Shown here one piece after another: positions 13,701 to 25,051 of a DNA stretch of 64,000 bases. Under the pieces are notes generated by a model. That model did not search any database and was not told the origin of the DNA. It was given only the letters and a program-made list of their open reading frames with translations. The translations under genes and the position numbers were made by a program. Origin of the DNA: Phoronis australis (lineage: Eukaryota; Animalia; Phoronida); NCBI GenBank assembly GCA_002633005.1, contig NMRA01000102.1, forward strand, positions 602,345 through 666,344, read 5' to 3'. Position 1 is the first letter of the stretch. Each line of letters begins with the position of its first letter.

Positions 13701-15040
13701 TAGGTCACCTGTGTGAATGAATTATTTTCATCGCTATTCAGTTTCGTGACACATATCTTTACATGTTATTCTGCGCAATTCAAGAGTTTCATAAGAGTTT
13801 AATCATAGATTATAGTACATGGATCGTCAACTCCTTATACAATCAATGGAAAAATTCTGTGGTGTTTCGCAGAAGCCGTTACGTTGTTATTCACTGGGGA
13901 CACCTGGCCCAATTATCTGGGGTTATTTCCGGCAAATACGTCTTCTGCTAATCGTGGTCGTTGTTGTGTGGCCGGGTGTTTGGCCACACAGGCGAAATGT
14001 AAAGGAATCGGTTTTCATCGCGTACGGAGACCCCACAATCAGCCGTGGGAAAATATTTCTTGTCTAAACGGTAATGAAAATAAGACATCATATACACTGT
14101 ATCTGTTCCAGGCTCTTTGACGATGGGTGTTTTTTTAAAGTTCTGGTAGGCCTACTACTTAATTTTGTCTTCACATATCCAGTGTTGTTTACTGCTTTTT
14201 GATGAACATCATGTGGTATTTCTTACGAAAATTGTCCTGTAAATTTTCCCAAAAGATAGTGATTCTTGAACTCCTGTCTTTACATGGAACTTCAGCCATA
14301 GCCTAGTGAGCGAACTAACCAAATTAGTCATCTTCCCTGGCACTTATCAGGTGATTACTATCTCAGCAGAATGCGCACATTTTCTGGGGATTTGGATCAC
14401 CGATTTCGCTAATTTATGAATTGGTGTACAATTAAATTGAATGCTGGTAGAACAATTAACATAAATAATGATCACATTGATACTCCAGAAATAACCAAAT
14501 GACATACTCAAAATCTATCTCGCAATCCATCAGCTGGCTACATACTAATTTCATGTCGAACGTATGCCGCACAAAATCTCTATCAATCATCTTAAGCAAG
14601 TACATTGCAGTTCATGACCACCAAGTAACCAGAGTCATTTTCTTTGCAAAGGTGGAACAGGAACATCAGGGTGTGATGGTTGTTTTTATTCTTTATTGTT
14701 AAATTCTTGTGAGCGGACAAATTACTTTTAAATTTCTGTCTTAAGTCCTTATATTTCCAATCTTCAGCCTTTCAAACGAACGTTTGTGACAAAAACAAAA
14801 TTCTTCAACCGGTTTTGTAAAGTCCTTCACCTCCTCTAGGCATAATGGACCAATCCCACTCCTAACGTAAATAAGGGCCCCGCGGGTAAAGGATACTAAG
14901 TCAATGAGCTTTATATACCACATTGTACTAAGTATTGTCCTTCCCGAACCGACATACTACCCGAGCTCGCCGGAAGGCAGACAGTCTCCGACAGGCTGCC
15001 GTCACTCCGCGAAGCCACACTATGCCGCATTTCCGTGAGA

Positions 15041-15345
15041 AGCCTGTTCCAGGAGCACCTAAGGGTTCGGGCCTTGCTCAACTGGTAACAACTGTTCCGA
15101 CAGGGCAGTATAAAGACAACCATGAAGCCGGATTCCAGTGACAAGCCTATACCAGGAGCACCATGGGTGCTGGCCTTGCTCTACAAGTAACTGTCCCGAC
15201 GGGAGAGTATAAAGACAACCAAGCACAAACGTGATTGCTGTTGCCATTAAGCCGGCTTCATATGCGAGTCAAACTGTCTCCGACGGGGCAGTATAATGAC
15301 AACCCAGGACAAGCTTAACAGCAGTTACCACTAAACCAGCTTCAT
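15041..15345 (+). repeat. Diverged tandem repeat (~85-100-bp units, 3 clear copies)
   Basis: Core actgt(t/c)ccgac.ggg.agtataa(a/t)gacaacc at 15091, 15190 and 15273; agcct..ccaggagcacc at 15041 and 15144. Confidence 0.75.
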
Positions 15346-18300
15346 TGATACACATCAAAGAAAGCCAACAACGCTGTTGCCATCCAGCCAGCGTCTCGTT
15401 AAAGAAGAACAACATCGTCTGCCAGCCAGTTCCACGCCGATCACTCTACGTCTACATCCAATATAGCGAGGACAGAAGGCGAGACCGTTCCATCTTGAGA
15501 AGCTGTCTGAGGGCTTTGTCCTCATCTACTCTGAATTGCTGGATCGGTTCAGCTAACGCCACATCGCGAAAACTCACCCAAGAAATCATGAGACATTGCA
15601 TCGTCTTACAAGTGAAACACGTGACCGTTGATATTTCGTCCGCGATATTCTTGCGTGAATGGAATTTAGTATGTAGTTTTCCGTTCCATGACGCAACTTC
15701 TCCGTTTGTCATGTTTGTGTCATTCCTCCTTCTATATTCTAAGTTATAGGAACGAGACATTGTAATGTCAGCCAAGTATATCATTTACATGTATATGCAA
15801 TAATCATTGCAGAAAAGCTAAAGGTTTGGTTTAACGTCGTGTATTCCTGTTTCATATCATTCAAATTTACTAAATTGTTCTAATGGCTAAGTCCGGCCGT
15901 GATTTTTAACATTGTAAGGAATAAAGTCTTTGCTTTCCTGTATTTAAGATGCCAGCTTTAGATGGAGACATGTAGAGGGTAGTACGCTTACTTTCTTTAT
16001 GCCACCCCCTACAGTGCGTGTACCTCTCGTAAGTATATAAATTTGTTCATAACATTTTCTTTTACGTTCTATTCCTAATTTTTTATTTTGTGGACATCTC
16101 TTCACTTTATACATGTACCTAACAGTAATGCGCTCAACACCTGTGAAAGTTCAGATATTACGCTTAATAAGGTAAAACCAATTTCACAACTTTTTGCGGT
16201 CGTAAACGCAACTTGTTCTGTCATAAAACACGGCTTTAATGTCGCATTTAAATTAAATAATACCATTCTTATTGATAACTGCTTGCATATTTTTTCCAGT
16301 CAACCAGTCCTGTATGGACTGTTCACGGAGAACATGCAACACCTGTGCCGGATAATATAGTGTCAACTGCAACTGCAGCAATCGGCAGTGGGCCTTACTT
16401 CTCTTTAGACCACCCTGATAAGATGCTTGCCAGTGTCACTGGTAAGACTTATGAACGGTCGATCCCATAGAGAGATATTTTCAAGAGTTAATGAAGCCGC
16501 GTTATGAGGTTTATGAGATACAGCCGCATACTGCCCGTAGTTAGGCACCGCAAAATACGCTATGGTCTTTTCTATCGGCTGTTGCTTAAAAACATAGAAA
16601 AGCCCATTCATTTTGTATTTTCTTAGTCAGACAGCATATTGATGAAGAATATCATTGGTAATTATCAGCAACCGTCAAACTGTCCCCCAGAGCACCTCAA
16701 AATGGCTAAAATCAAATACACAAAATTGGGCAAAATTTATCGAATTTTGGAAATTTCAGTGAAGTTTAATTTCAAAAACTGTCTTCTGATACAGAAGTTC
16801 ATAATCTAGGTACAGAGTATAAATAATTTTTCTCGTTCTTTCAAGCCGTTTTAAAACAACTTCACGAACTGGATTTGTTTGAACCAAAGTGGGCCATTCT
16901 GAGCCCAAATAATCATGATGCCGTGATGCTCTACCTAAAAAAATGGGCTCAGGAATTTCAAACGAGCATTTCGAGTATGTTCCACCAGGATGTATGTTAC
17001 AAACATTTTTTTCAAGATCTAAGTCCGTGATTCTAGAGTCGACCTTTTGGTGTTCTCGTGAAATGACAGTTAATACTGGCTACGAGACTGTAAAAGTCAT
17101 TTTAATAAGAGCCAAACACGTGGCTGTCTAGGTGAAGAGTTTCAGTGGGTGTGGCCTCCTTGATGCTGCCATGGTAAACATACATCATGTAGAATGAAGG
17201 TGGTGAAGAACAAAATACACGTAGTGAAGTGGCAGGAAAAAAGTAGAGGAAGATTGCAGAGGAGATACAGAAACGCAGACATCCTCTCACTGCCAACACC
17301 CATATCTCCATAACATCTGCATTCGCGATTAGTTAAGGATTGCTTAGAACTAGCTGGTTATTGCACATGAACAGAGTAGTCAGACTTTTAGTTTCGGTAA
17401 GTAGCAAAGTACAAAGCAATTAAGAAAAGTCAAAATGTTGGAGTTGCTAAATAAGGGAAGGGCATAACGTTGAGACGCTGTTCAGTTGCCTGTTAGTCAT
17501 AGGACAACAATGTAACATTAATGTAGTGATGTCTCGATATGAGCATATTGAGACCACTCTAAACAGCCCAGCTCTACAAATAAGGTAGTCTGAGGAAGAC
17601 TGACAACGCCATTTTGGTCTCTCTGTGAAACCCCAGTTATTCTGCTCTGGATGTGGTGTTGATTGCAGTTGTGCAGCTTGTGTACTTCATCGTTTGTAGT
17701 GTTTCCGGAACTGCAAGAAATTTAGGTATAGCCTCGACAGTTTACAAGCCCCTCATTATCCCGCTTGTAAAAAAATTGCTTTGAAACATATGACCACAAA
17801 CTTCCCTACAAAAAGGACCATGAGACCATAACACGATAAAAAGTTATACAAGCCCTGCTAACCCCGAGCATCGCTCTTTTTCCGAGATCCGCAGACTTTT
17901 CAATATGCTATTACAGCACGTTGGGTGTATTCAATCGACTATGATAAGCTGCAGCTGGTCGCGCTAAGAGACTGCAAAAACTCCAGGAGACTTGTGATTT
18001 TCATTAAAGCATGCGAGAGTGGATATTTTTAGGTATGTAGGCATGTGTAATCCATAGCTCACCTACTACTCTGCATGTCTCCAATTAATCATATGGTTGT
18101 GGTTACTAGATTGGGAGATATTGACAAGTTTACGTAGACACATAGTTTCATTACATGTCTGGATTCAGACGTGAGAGGATGACAATGGATCAGTTTATTT
18201 TCACTAAGGCTATGATACAGATATACAAATGGTGAAAATTTCCAATAAATTTTGAACAACTTTTGTGTTGACTACTATTCTGTGAAATTAACATTTCTCC

Positions 18301-18956
18301 TTCAAATTTCCAGTTTCTTTTGTTAGGCCATTAGTCTGGGCTTGGAACCAGTAAGAGAAGGAATAGCAACGCGGCAAGTTACAAAGCATAGCTGTGTGGC
18401 TACTCCTATAATTGGTCTCGGGACTTCGTTGCGGTCTTGCATGGGAAATTACCCAGGGTACCACACGCAGTGACCCGGATGTGCCTCTTGGAAACTGACG
18501 CGATGTCGTGGTAAGGTCACTGTCGATTTTGATCCGTTTCTTTGCGCCAGTTTTCTCTTCGAAAGGCCTGAGGACTTATTTACAGAAAGTATTAGAAACA
18601 AATTTGATAACAACGTATAGTTTTGTCAACAATTTTGGCGTAATTTTGTGTAATTGATTACGCAAGTTCACCAAAACGTCGAAGTCAAATATTTAAAAAT
18701 GGCGGCCGGCGAATTTGTAAGCGGTTCAAAGCCAAATCAAGGACGTAAATCACTATACGTATTTATAATTCCACCCACCAGTAAAGTTTTATTTTGAAAT
18801 TTTGTACCACAAGATTAAAAAGCGTTTGCTTAAGAAATAAACGATGATTGAAAAAGCCCCCCGTTCAGGCCTACTGGGTCAATCGATGACAGCATGTGCG
18901 TCTGTCAGTCTCACGTAGTACTTTCCTTTAAAATATGGTTAGTTTGGTGTTATTAT

Positions 18957-19248
18957 TGTGACGGGACGTTCGTAACTTTACGCTTATTGTTATTCTTATT
19001 TAGTTGCAAATGTTCAGTTATTCTTATGCTAATGTCTTTGTTGCGTCTCAGTGCGCCTTTGTTACGTGGGCATGTGGGCGCGACTGTATGTGTCGGGCAC
19101 TTCGCTAGCGACAGGCTTAGGAGAAGGGTGTTTACTTCTTTTGCTTTCATGAAAAGTTGATCGTTATCATGTGCAAATTGAACTGAAACGAATGCCTGAT
19201 GGGAGAAAATACATATTCTGAGGTTCAGTGGAGACTTACTCTGTTACA
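18957..19248 (+). repeat. 5' LTR
   Basis: tgtgacggg...ctgttaca; differs from the 3' LTR at 2 positions seen (tttactt/tttcctt; gatggga/gatgaga). Confidence 0.97.
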
Positions 19249-19250
19249 TT

Positions 19251-19263
19251 TGGCGCCCAACGT
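19251..19263 (+). promoter_or_regulatory. Primer-binding site complementary to the tRNA-Lys(CTT) 3' end
   Basis: TGGCGCCCAACGT, 2 nt after the LTR, matches the first 13 nt of the canonical Lys1,2 PBS TGGCGCCCAACGTGGGGC. Confidence 0.9.
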
Positions 19264-19717
19264 AAATCGAACAAACCAGAACTTTTCTCTGACGACGTCT
19301 GTAAAATTATGACCGTGCTACGGCCTTGCATGGAAAGTTGAACTGCTTGCTGACTTTACAAGATTTATGTCGCGACTCGGGTAAGAATTTTCTGGAAAGG
19401 ACAATGTCTTAATTTGCTACTGTGGTCACAAGTTCGTGGTGGTGTCTGGAACGGATCCTCGTGCTCGCCAAGAACGGAACTTTCTGGACTATGTGTTTGA
19501 CGACGCCCTATCCTGCAGGAAACTGGACTCAGTTGCATTTTGTGTCACTGAAAATGTTTTGTGTTACTGTTGTTTGACATAAGTTCACTTGATGTGCCGG
19601 GTATTGAGAGTTCTTTAATTTCTTAAGCTAGTGTATTTTCATGCTGTAGGTCGAGTTATCTCACATTATTGGGGTGATTCTAAGTTTGTTCATGTTCCGT
19701 ATATTTCATCCTTTGTC

Positions 19718-21031
19718 ATGGATTCGCTGTGTGACAAATGTGTGATTGTTGGTGACGTACCAGAGTGTGAGGATGGTGAGTTGTTGAATTTTCTGCCCGC
19801 TGAAATTCGCAATGGCGTTAAGCATGCTTGGCGAGTTAACTTATCCTTTTATATCGTCTTTGATTCTGAAAAAATGGTTAACAAGTGTGTTAATTTTGTA
19901 CGTAAGAACCATTTCAAGGATTTCAAATTGAAAATTTCAAAAGCTACTGTTACTGATGAGTCATTTCTCCGTGAATGTGCCGGTAAAAGTGATGAAAATA
20001 TGTCATCGTTGATTTCATTGATAGGGGAGCTGTCTCCTGTTCAAAAGAAAATTGTGTCATCTGTTGTTGGGTCCGACGACCCTAGCAGTGTTGAGAGTAA
20101 ACATGCGTCTTCAAGTGTGAACTCATGGGGTAATGTTTTTCATAGTGACCTTGTTCGCTTACCCGCATTTTCAGGTAGTGAGAGCTCGGGTGTTTCCTTT
20201 CAGCAGTGGTTAGGCGAAGTTCAGTGTTTGCAGGTTACGTTGCAAAACGATGGTTTTCTGAAACAAGCTATCAGACGCTCATTGAGGGGCAGTGCGGCTG
20301 AATTGCTTGAATGTGATTTGTCTGTAAACGAATTGCTTAGTAAGTTAAAGTCTAGATACGGTGATGTGTTACCTGTTGGAAAAATTGTTGAAAAATTCTA
20401 CAGTTCTAGACAGGATAAAAATGAAAGCGTTACCCAATGGGCTGGGCGCTTAGAGAAATTAGTAGTTCAAATGAAAATGTCTGAATCATGTCCCATTCCG
20501 AAAGAGGCGCTGCCATCTGTGCTAAAATCACATTTTGTGTCTGGTTTGCTGTCAAATGACGTCAGACTTGGTCTAAAGCATTTTGTGGAACACAATAGTG
20601 AAGAATCATTTGACGAGCTACTGATTTACGCCCGTCGTTTAGACATTGAGTTCAGCAGAAAATCGCAGTCACATCACTCTCTTGATAGTGGTGATAAAAC
20701 TGATAAAATGGTCACTATGATCGATGCTTTGGCTAAAAGAATAGAGAAACTTGAAGGTAGTTTCACTCGAAATAGGTCCAATGTTTTCAACGGGAACTCT
20801 AGGTTCCGCGGACAACCCTATGGTAATGTGAACCGGCAACGTTCAGAACAACAGACTATTTACCAGTCTACTGATGTGCGGGCTGACAACTCGTTACCCA
20901 GATTTGACGGCGTTTGTTTCCGGTGCCATGAATACGGTCATAGGGCTGTCAATTGCACGGTTGCTTTAAACTTCAATCGGTCGTCGACAGGGGGGCTTCC
21001 GACCGATCGCATGGAAAACCCCCCTCAGTAG
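19718..21031 (+). CDS. gag: Gag, PNMA/Ma-like capsid with C-terminal CCHC knuckle
   Basis: ORF 19631-21031 with first ATG at 19718. LPAFSG..SFQQW..IRRSLRGSAA..FY..RQ...ESV capsid motifs; CFRCHEYGHRAVNC zinc knuckle. Confidence 0.92.
   Translation: MDSLCDKCVIVGDVPECEDGELLNFLPAEIRNGVKHAWRVNLSFYIVFDSEKMVNKCVNFVRKNHFKDFKLKISKATVTDESFLRECAGKSDENMSSLISLIGELSPVQKKIVSSVVGSDDPSSVESKHASSSVNSWGNVFHSDLVRLPAFSGSESSGVSFQQWLGEVQCLQVTLQNDGFLKQAIRRSLRGSAAELLECDLSVNELLSKLKSRYGDVLPVGKIVEKFYSSRQDKNESVTQWAGRLEKLVVQMKMSESCPIPKEALPSVLKSHFVSGLLSNDVRLGLKHFVEHNSEESFDELLIYARRLDIEFSRKSQSHHSLDSGDKTDKMVTMIDALAKRIEKLEGSFTRNRSNVFNGNSRFRGQPYGNVNRQRSEQQTIYQSTDVRADNSLPRFDGVCFRCHEYGHRAVNCTVALNFNRSSTGGLPTDRMENPPQ
20965..21025 (+). 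promoter_or_regulatory. -1 ribosomal frameshift signal: T TTA AAC slippery site plus H-type pseudoknot
   Basis: tttaaac at 20965-20971 is in the correct gag phase and pol is the -1 frame. Stem 1 atcggtcg (20976-83) / cgaccgat (21000-07); stem 2 agggggg (20989-95) / cccccct (21019-25). Confidence 0.88.
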
Positions 21032-24000
21032 GCTTAGTAGGGGAGTCCTTTGAAAAGGAATTTATGATTGCAAATGTGAGATGCATATGTTTACTCGATA
21101 CAGGTTCTAGAGTAAGTACGATCTCCGAGAGCTTGTGTCAGCATATTGGTTTGTCTGTGCTGCCTATTTCAGATATTACTGGACCTTTGCGTGTTGAGTG
21201 CGCTAACGGAGAAGTTTTGCCTTACAAGGGTTACGTTAGTGTCACTGTTGGAGTACCCGATACCGATGAGTCAATTGATGTTTTGTTTTTGGTTGTTCCA
21301 AACACTTCTTATAATTTCCGTGTTCCTGTTATAGTGGGTACTAATGCTTTGCGTGTTTTGATCGATCTCGTTGATAATGACAATCGCTCGGACTGGTTGC
21401 TGTTGTTGAAAAATGTCATGTTTAATCGTGAAACCTCTCTTCCAGGCGTAGTTAAGACTGACAATTCTGTTACCATTCCGTCTGGGATGTCCCAAATAAT
21501 CGATGCTTGTATTTGTGTTAACCCATGTACATCTTGTAGTTTACAGGTTGTCACCGAAGAGTATGGTTCACTGTCACTTCCTAGTAACTTGCAGGTGTGG
21601 CCCACATTGCATGAGATTAACCCTGGGGATCATATGATTCCTGTTAGAGTCACGAATGTGGGTTGTAAGTCTGTTACTGTTCCTGCTGGTTCAAGCATCT
21701 GCAGCTTGGTACCGGTGGATCAGACGGCAGCTGAAATTCCGTGTTCTGATTCAGCTGAGAATTCTGAGGAGTTCATAATAAACCCAGAATTAAGTATTGA
21801 GCAGCGCGCCCGAGCCGCAAGTTTACTCAATGAATATCAAGATATTTTTGCGCAGAATGATTTGGATCTTGGTCATGTTACTCAGGTTCAGCATAAGATA
21901 CATTTGACAAGCGATGCTCCTTTTAAACACCGACATCGCTCTATTCCTCCTAACATGTTGGATGAAGTTAGAGCTCACTTAAAGGATATGTTGCAGCTGG
22001 GGGTTATCAGACCGTCCACTAGTCCATATGCTTCTAGTATTGTCTTAGTACGTAAGAAGTCTGGAGAGTTGCGATTTTGCTTAGATTTTCGTAAATTGAA
22101 CGAGATCACGGTAAAGGATGCTTATGCTTTGCCTCGTGCTACTGAAAATTTGCATACGCTTCATGGTTCTCGATATTTTTCAACTCTTGACATGAAATCT
22201 GCTTATTGGCAGGTAGATATAGCAGAGGAAGACAAACATAAAACAGCATTCACTGTAGGTCCACTCGGATTTTACGAGTGCAATAGACTTCCGTTTGGGT
22301 TAACCAATGCTCCTGCAACGTTTCAACGAGTGATGGAAATGTGTATGGGGGACTTGTATTTGTCTGAGTGTTTGATCTTGTTGGACGATATCTTGGTGTT
22401 TAGTGATACATTTGAAAATCATCTAACCCGATTGAGAAATGTGTTTCAACGCGTACGTGAGTTTGGTATGAAACTTAAGCCGTCAAAATGTGAGTTCTTT
22501 AAGCAGCGAACTGTGTATTTGGGTCACGTGATTTCTCAACAAGGGGTCGAATGTGATCCCGATAAGATAGCGGTTGTGTTGGATTGGCCTGTTCCAAAGT
22601 GTGTGAAAGACTTGCAAAGTTTTTTAGGTTTTGTGGGGTTTTACCGTCGCTTTATTCAAGACTTTGCATCAATTGCTCAGCCTCTTCATGCACTTACAAA
22701 GGGATCAGTAACGGGTCGTAAACGTAATTCTTCTGATACCTCAAATGGACTGTTTGTTTGGGGTGATAAAGAACAGTATGCTTTTGAAGAACTTAAACGC
22801 AGGTGCACGAGTAGCCCTGTACTGGCATTTGCTGATTTTACGCAGCCATTTTCTGTGCACATTGACGCCAGCATGACGTCGTTAGGTGCGGTATTATATC
22901 AGGAGTCCGGGGGATTGAATAGACCCATTGCCTTTGCGAGTCGTTGTTTGAGTGAAGCCGAGAAACGCTATCCTGTACATAAACTTGAGTTTCTGGCTCT
23001 TAAATGGGCCATAACGTCTAAGTTTCACGATTACCTATACGGCGGTTTGCCGTTTGTAGTGTACACTGACAATAACCCTGTTACATATGCATTGTCTACA
23101 GCTAAGCTGGATGTATGCTCTCAGAGGTGGGTTTCTGAGTTAGCGAATTACAATTTTCAGATTGTGTACAAGACTGGTAAGTCGAATTTAGACGCTGACG
23201 CGCTGTCAAGAATAGTGTGGCCTGATCACGGCCAGGCTTTGCTTTGTGGTGTTACGACACGGAGTGGGTTGGACACTTCGTCGTCATTCCCTGCTCTAAC
23301 AAACGCCGAATTAGTGAATTTACAACGTAATGATATTATTCTTGGTGACGTGATGGAATGCTTGCGAGCAAAACGTAAGCCTGTTGACACCGCAAATAGC
23401 GGTGTACGGAAATATTTGAGGTATTGGAATGATCTGTACTTAGATCGGGGAATGCTGTTCATATACAGGGTCTCCTCGGTTGATAATGAAGTTGTTAGTA
23501 TGTTAGTTGTGCCACAGTCGCTACGAAGTGAGATTATGGTGTCTCTGCATGATGCAGCTGGGCACCAAGGGTATGAGAGAACATTTGCCTTGATTAGCAA
23601 TCGCTACTTTTGGGTAGGCATGCAAAAAGATGTGGCAGACTATTGCAAATCATGTGCGAGGTGTCAGATTTCTAAGGGTCCATACAAGAAACCGAGGACT
23701 ATCATGAGTCACTTGACTGCATGTAGACCCAATGAAGTGTTAGCCGTTGATTTTACTGTTCTCGAGCCGTCCAGTGACGGTAGGGAAAACGTCTTGGTGA
23801 TGACGGACGTATTCACGAAGTTTACGCAAGTTGTTGTGACACGCAATCAAACTGCCCTGACTGTTGCCAAGGCTCTGACTGAGCAATGGTTCAATAAGTT
23901 CGGTATTCCGGACAGGATTCATAGCGATCAGGGTCGCAATTTTGAAAGCGATCTGGTTAAACAGTTGTGTAAATTATATGACATTCAGAAATCCCGTACA

Positions 24001-24582
24001 ACCCCATATCATCCTGAGGGAAATTCACAGTGTGAGCGTTTTAATCGCACATTGCATAATCTGTTGAAAACTTTGCCAATGGATCATAAGCGTAAATGGC
24101 CGGAGTATGTACATGATCTGGTGATGTCGTATAATTCTACTCCACACAGCACTACTAAGTACTCTCCGTTTTTCTTGTTCTTTGGCAGGGAACCGAAATT
24201 TCCTTCGGATTTTCTCCTGCGGTTTGATGCAGCAAATCTGGCAGATGGTTGCACAGATGAGTATGTAAAGTTAAGAGCAGATAAAATGAAAGACGCTTGG
24301 CAGCGTGCTCGGTATTTTACGGACACTTCGAATGATAGAAATAAAGCTAGAAATGATACACGTGTGTTCGCCCAATCACTTCCGGTTGGTGCAACGGTAT
24401 TTCTGAGAGACCATAGTATCATAGGGAGGAATAAAATTCAGAATGCATTTGGTTCAGTTCCTTATCACATTGTCTCTCGGAGAAATAATGTGTATTCTGT
24501 GCGGGCGGCAGATGGTGCCGGACCGATTAAAACTGTAAATAGGTCGGAGATCTTGGATGGTAGGGACTTGGTAGGTCTGTAG
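20965..24582 (+). CDS. pol: Pol: aspartic protease, reverse transcriptase, RNase H, integrase
   Basis: LLDTGS protease; RFCLDFRKLN, LPFGLTNAPATFQR and LLDD in RT; HIDAS/LEFLALKWAI RNase H; H-H-C-C zinc finger and AVDF/HSDQG/CERFN integrase core. Uninterrupted 1209-codon frame. Confidence 0.96.
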   Translation, partial: FKLQSVVDRGASDRSHGKPPSVGLVGESFEKEFMIANVRCICLLDTGSRVSTISESLCQHIGLSVLPISDITGPLRVECANGEVLPYKGYVSVTVGVPDTDESIDVLFLVVPNTSYNFRVPVIVGTNALRVLIDLVDNDNRSDWLLLLKNVMFNRETSLPGVVKTDNSVTIPSGMSQIIDACICVNPCTSCSLQVVTEEYGSLSLPSNLQVWPTLHEINPGDHMIPVRVTNVGCKSVTVPAGSSICSLVPVDQTAAEIPCSDSAENSEEFIINPELSIEQRARAASLLNEYQDIFAQNDLDLGHVTQVQHKIHLTSDAPFKHRHRSIPPNMLDEVRAHLKDMLQLGVIRPSTSPYASSIVLVRKKSGELRFCLDFRKLNEITVKDAYALPRATENLHTLHGSRYFSTLDMKSAYWQVDIAEEDKHKTAFTVGPLGFYECNRLPFGLTNAPATFQRVMEMCMGDLYLSECLILLDDILVFSDTFENHLTRLRNVFQRVREFGMKLKPSKCEFFKQRTVYLGHVISQQGVECDPDKIAVVLDWPVPKCVKDLQSFLGFVGFYRRFIQDFASIAQPLHALTKGSVTGRKRNSSDTSNGLFVWGDKEQYAFEELKRRCTSSPVLAFADFTQPFSVHIDASMTSLGAVLYQESGGLNRPIAFASRCLSEAEKRYPVHKLEFLALKWAITSKFHDYLYGGLPFVVYTDNNPVTYALSTAKLDVCSQRWVSELANYNFQIVYKTGKSNLDADALSRIVWPDHGQALLCGVTTRSGLDTSSSFPALTNAELVNLQRNDIILGDVMECLRAKRKPVDTANSGVRKYLRYWNDLYLDRGMLFIYRVSSVDNEVVSMLVVPQSLRSEIMVSLHDAAGHQGYERTFALISNRYFWVGMQKDVADYCKSCARCQISKGPYKKPRTIMSHLTACRPNEVLAVDFTVLEPSSDGRENVLVMTDVFTKFTQVVVTRNQTALTVAKALTEQWFNKFGIPDRIHSDQGRNFESDLVKQLCKLYDIQKSRTTPYHPEGNSQCERFNRTLHNLLKTLPMDHKRKWPEYVHDLVMSYNSTPHSTTKYSPFFLFFGREPKFPSDFLLRFDAANLADGCTDEYVKLRADKMKDAWQRARYFTDTSNDRNKARNDTRVFAQSLPVGATVFLRDHSIIGRNKIQNAFGSVPYHIVSRRNNVYSVRAADGAGPIKTVNRSEILDGRDLVGL

Positions 24583-24748
24583 TATTTTGAGTTTTGCTGC
24601 TGTTGCGAGCGCGCCAGGCGTTGCCGTGCTGAAAGTGGAATGTGCGTTGTGATGTCTGTAGCCAGTACGAGGAGACTGAATGATTTCCATTTCACTGCGC
24701 TTTGTTTTCATATTGTATGTTAATGATGTCGGGACGACATTTTTTGTT

Positions 24749-24759
24749 AGGGGGGAGAA
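24749..24759 (+). promoter_or_regulatory. Polypurine tract
   Basis: aggggggagaa abutting the 3' LTR. Confidence 0.9.
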
Positions 24760-25051
24760 TGTGACGGGACGTTCGTAACTTTACGCTTATTGTTATTCTT
24801 ATTTAGTTGCAAATGTTCAGTTATTCTTATGCTAATGTCTTTGTTGCGTCTCAGTGCGCCTTTGTTACGTGGGCATGTGGGCGCGACTGTATGTGTCGGG
24901 CACTTCGCTAGCGACAGGCTTAGGAGAAGGGTGTTTCCTTCTTTTGCTTTCATGAAAAGTTGATCGTTATCATGTGCAAATTGAACTGAAACGAATGCCT
25001 GATGAGAGAAAATACATATTCTGAGGTTCAGTGGAGACTTACTCTGTTACA
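24760..25051 (+). repeat. 3' LTR
   Basis: Near-identical direct repeat of 18957-19248. Confidence 0.97.

Larger units (their letters stand above)
18957..25051 (+). mobile_element. Full-length Ty3/Gypsy LTR retrotransposon, recent insertion
   Basis: Two 292-bp TG...CA LTRs, 4-bp TSD TTAT (18953-18956 / 25052-25055), PBS, PPT, open gag and pol in PR-RT-RH-IN order. Confidence 0.97.

Noticed and set aside
15041-15345. CRISPR-like repeat-spacer array
   Set aside because: The context is eukaryotic, the units are diverged with related spacers, and there are no cas genes.
18894-19160. Short ORFs in and antisense to the LTRs and pol
   Set aside because: Shadow frames with no recognisable motifs; no env-like ORF between pol and the 3' LTR.
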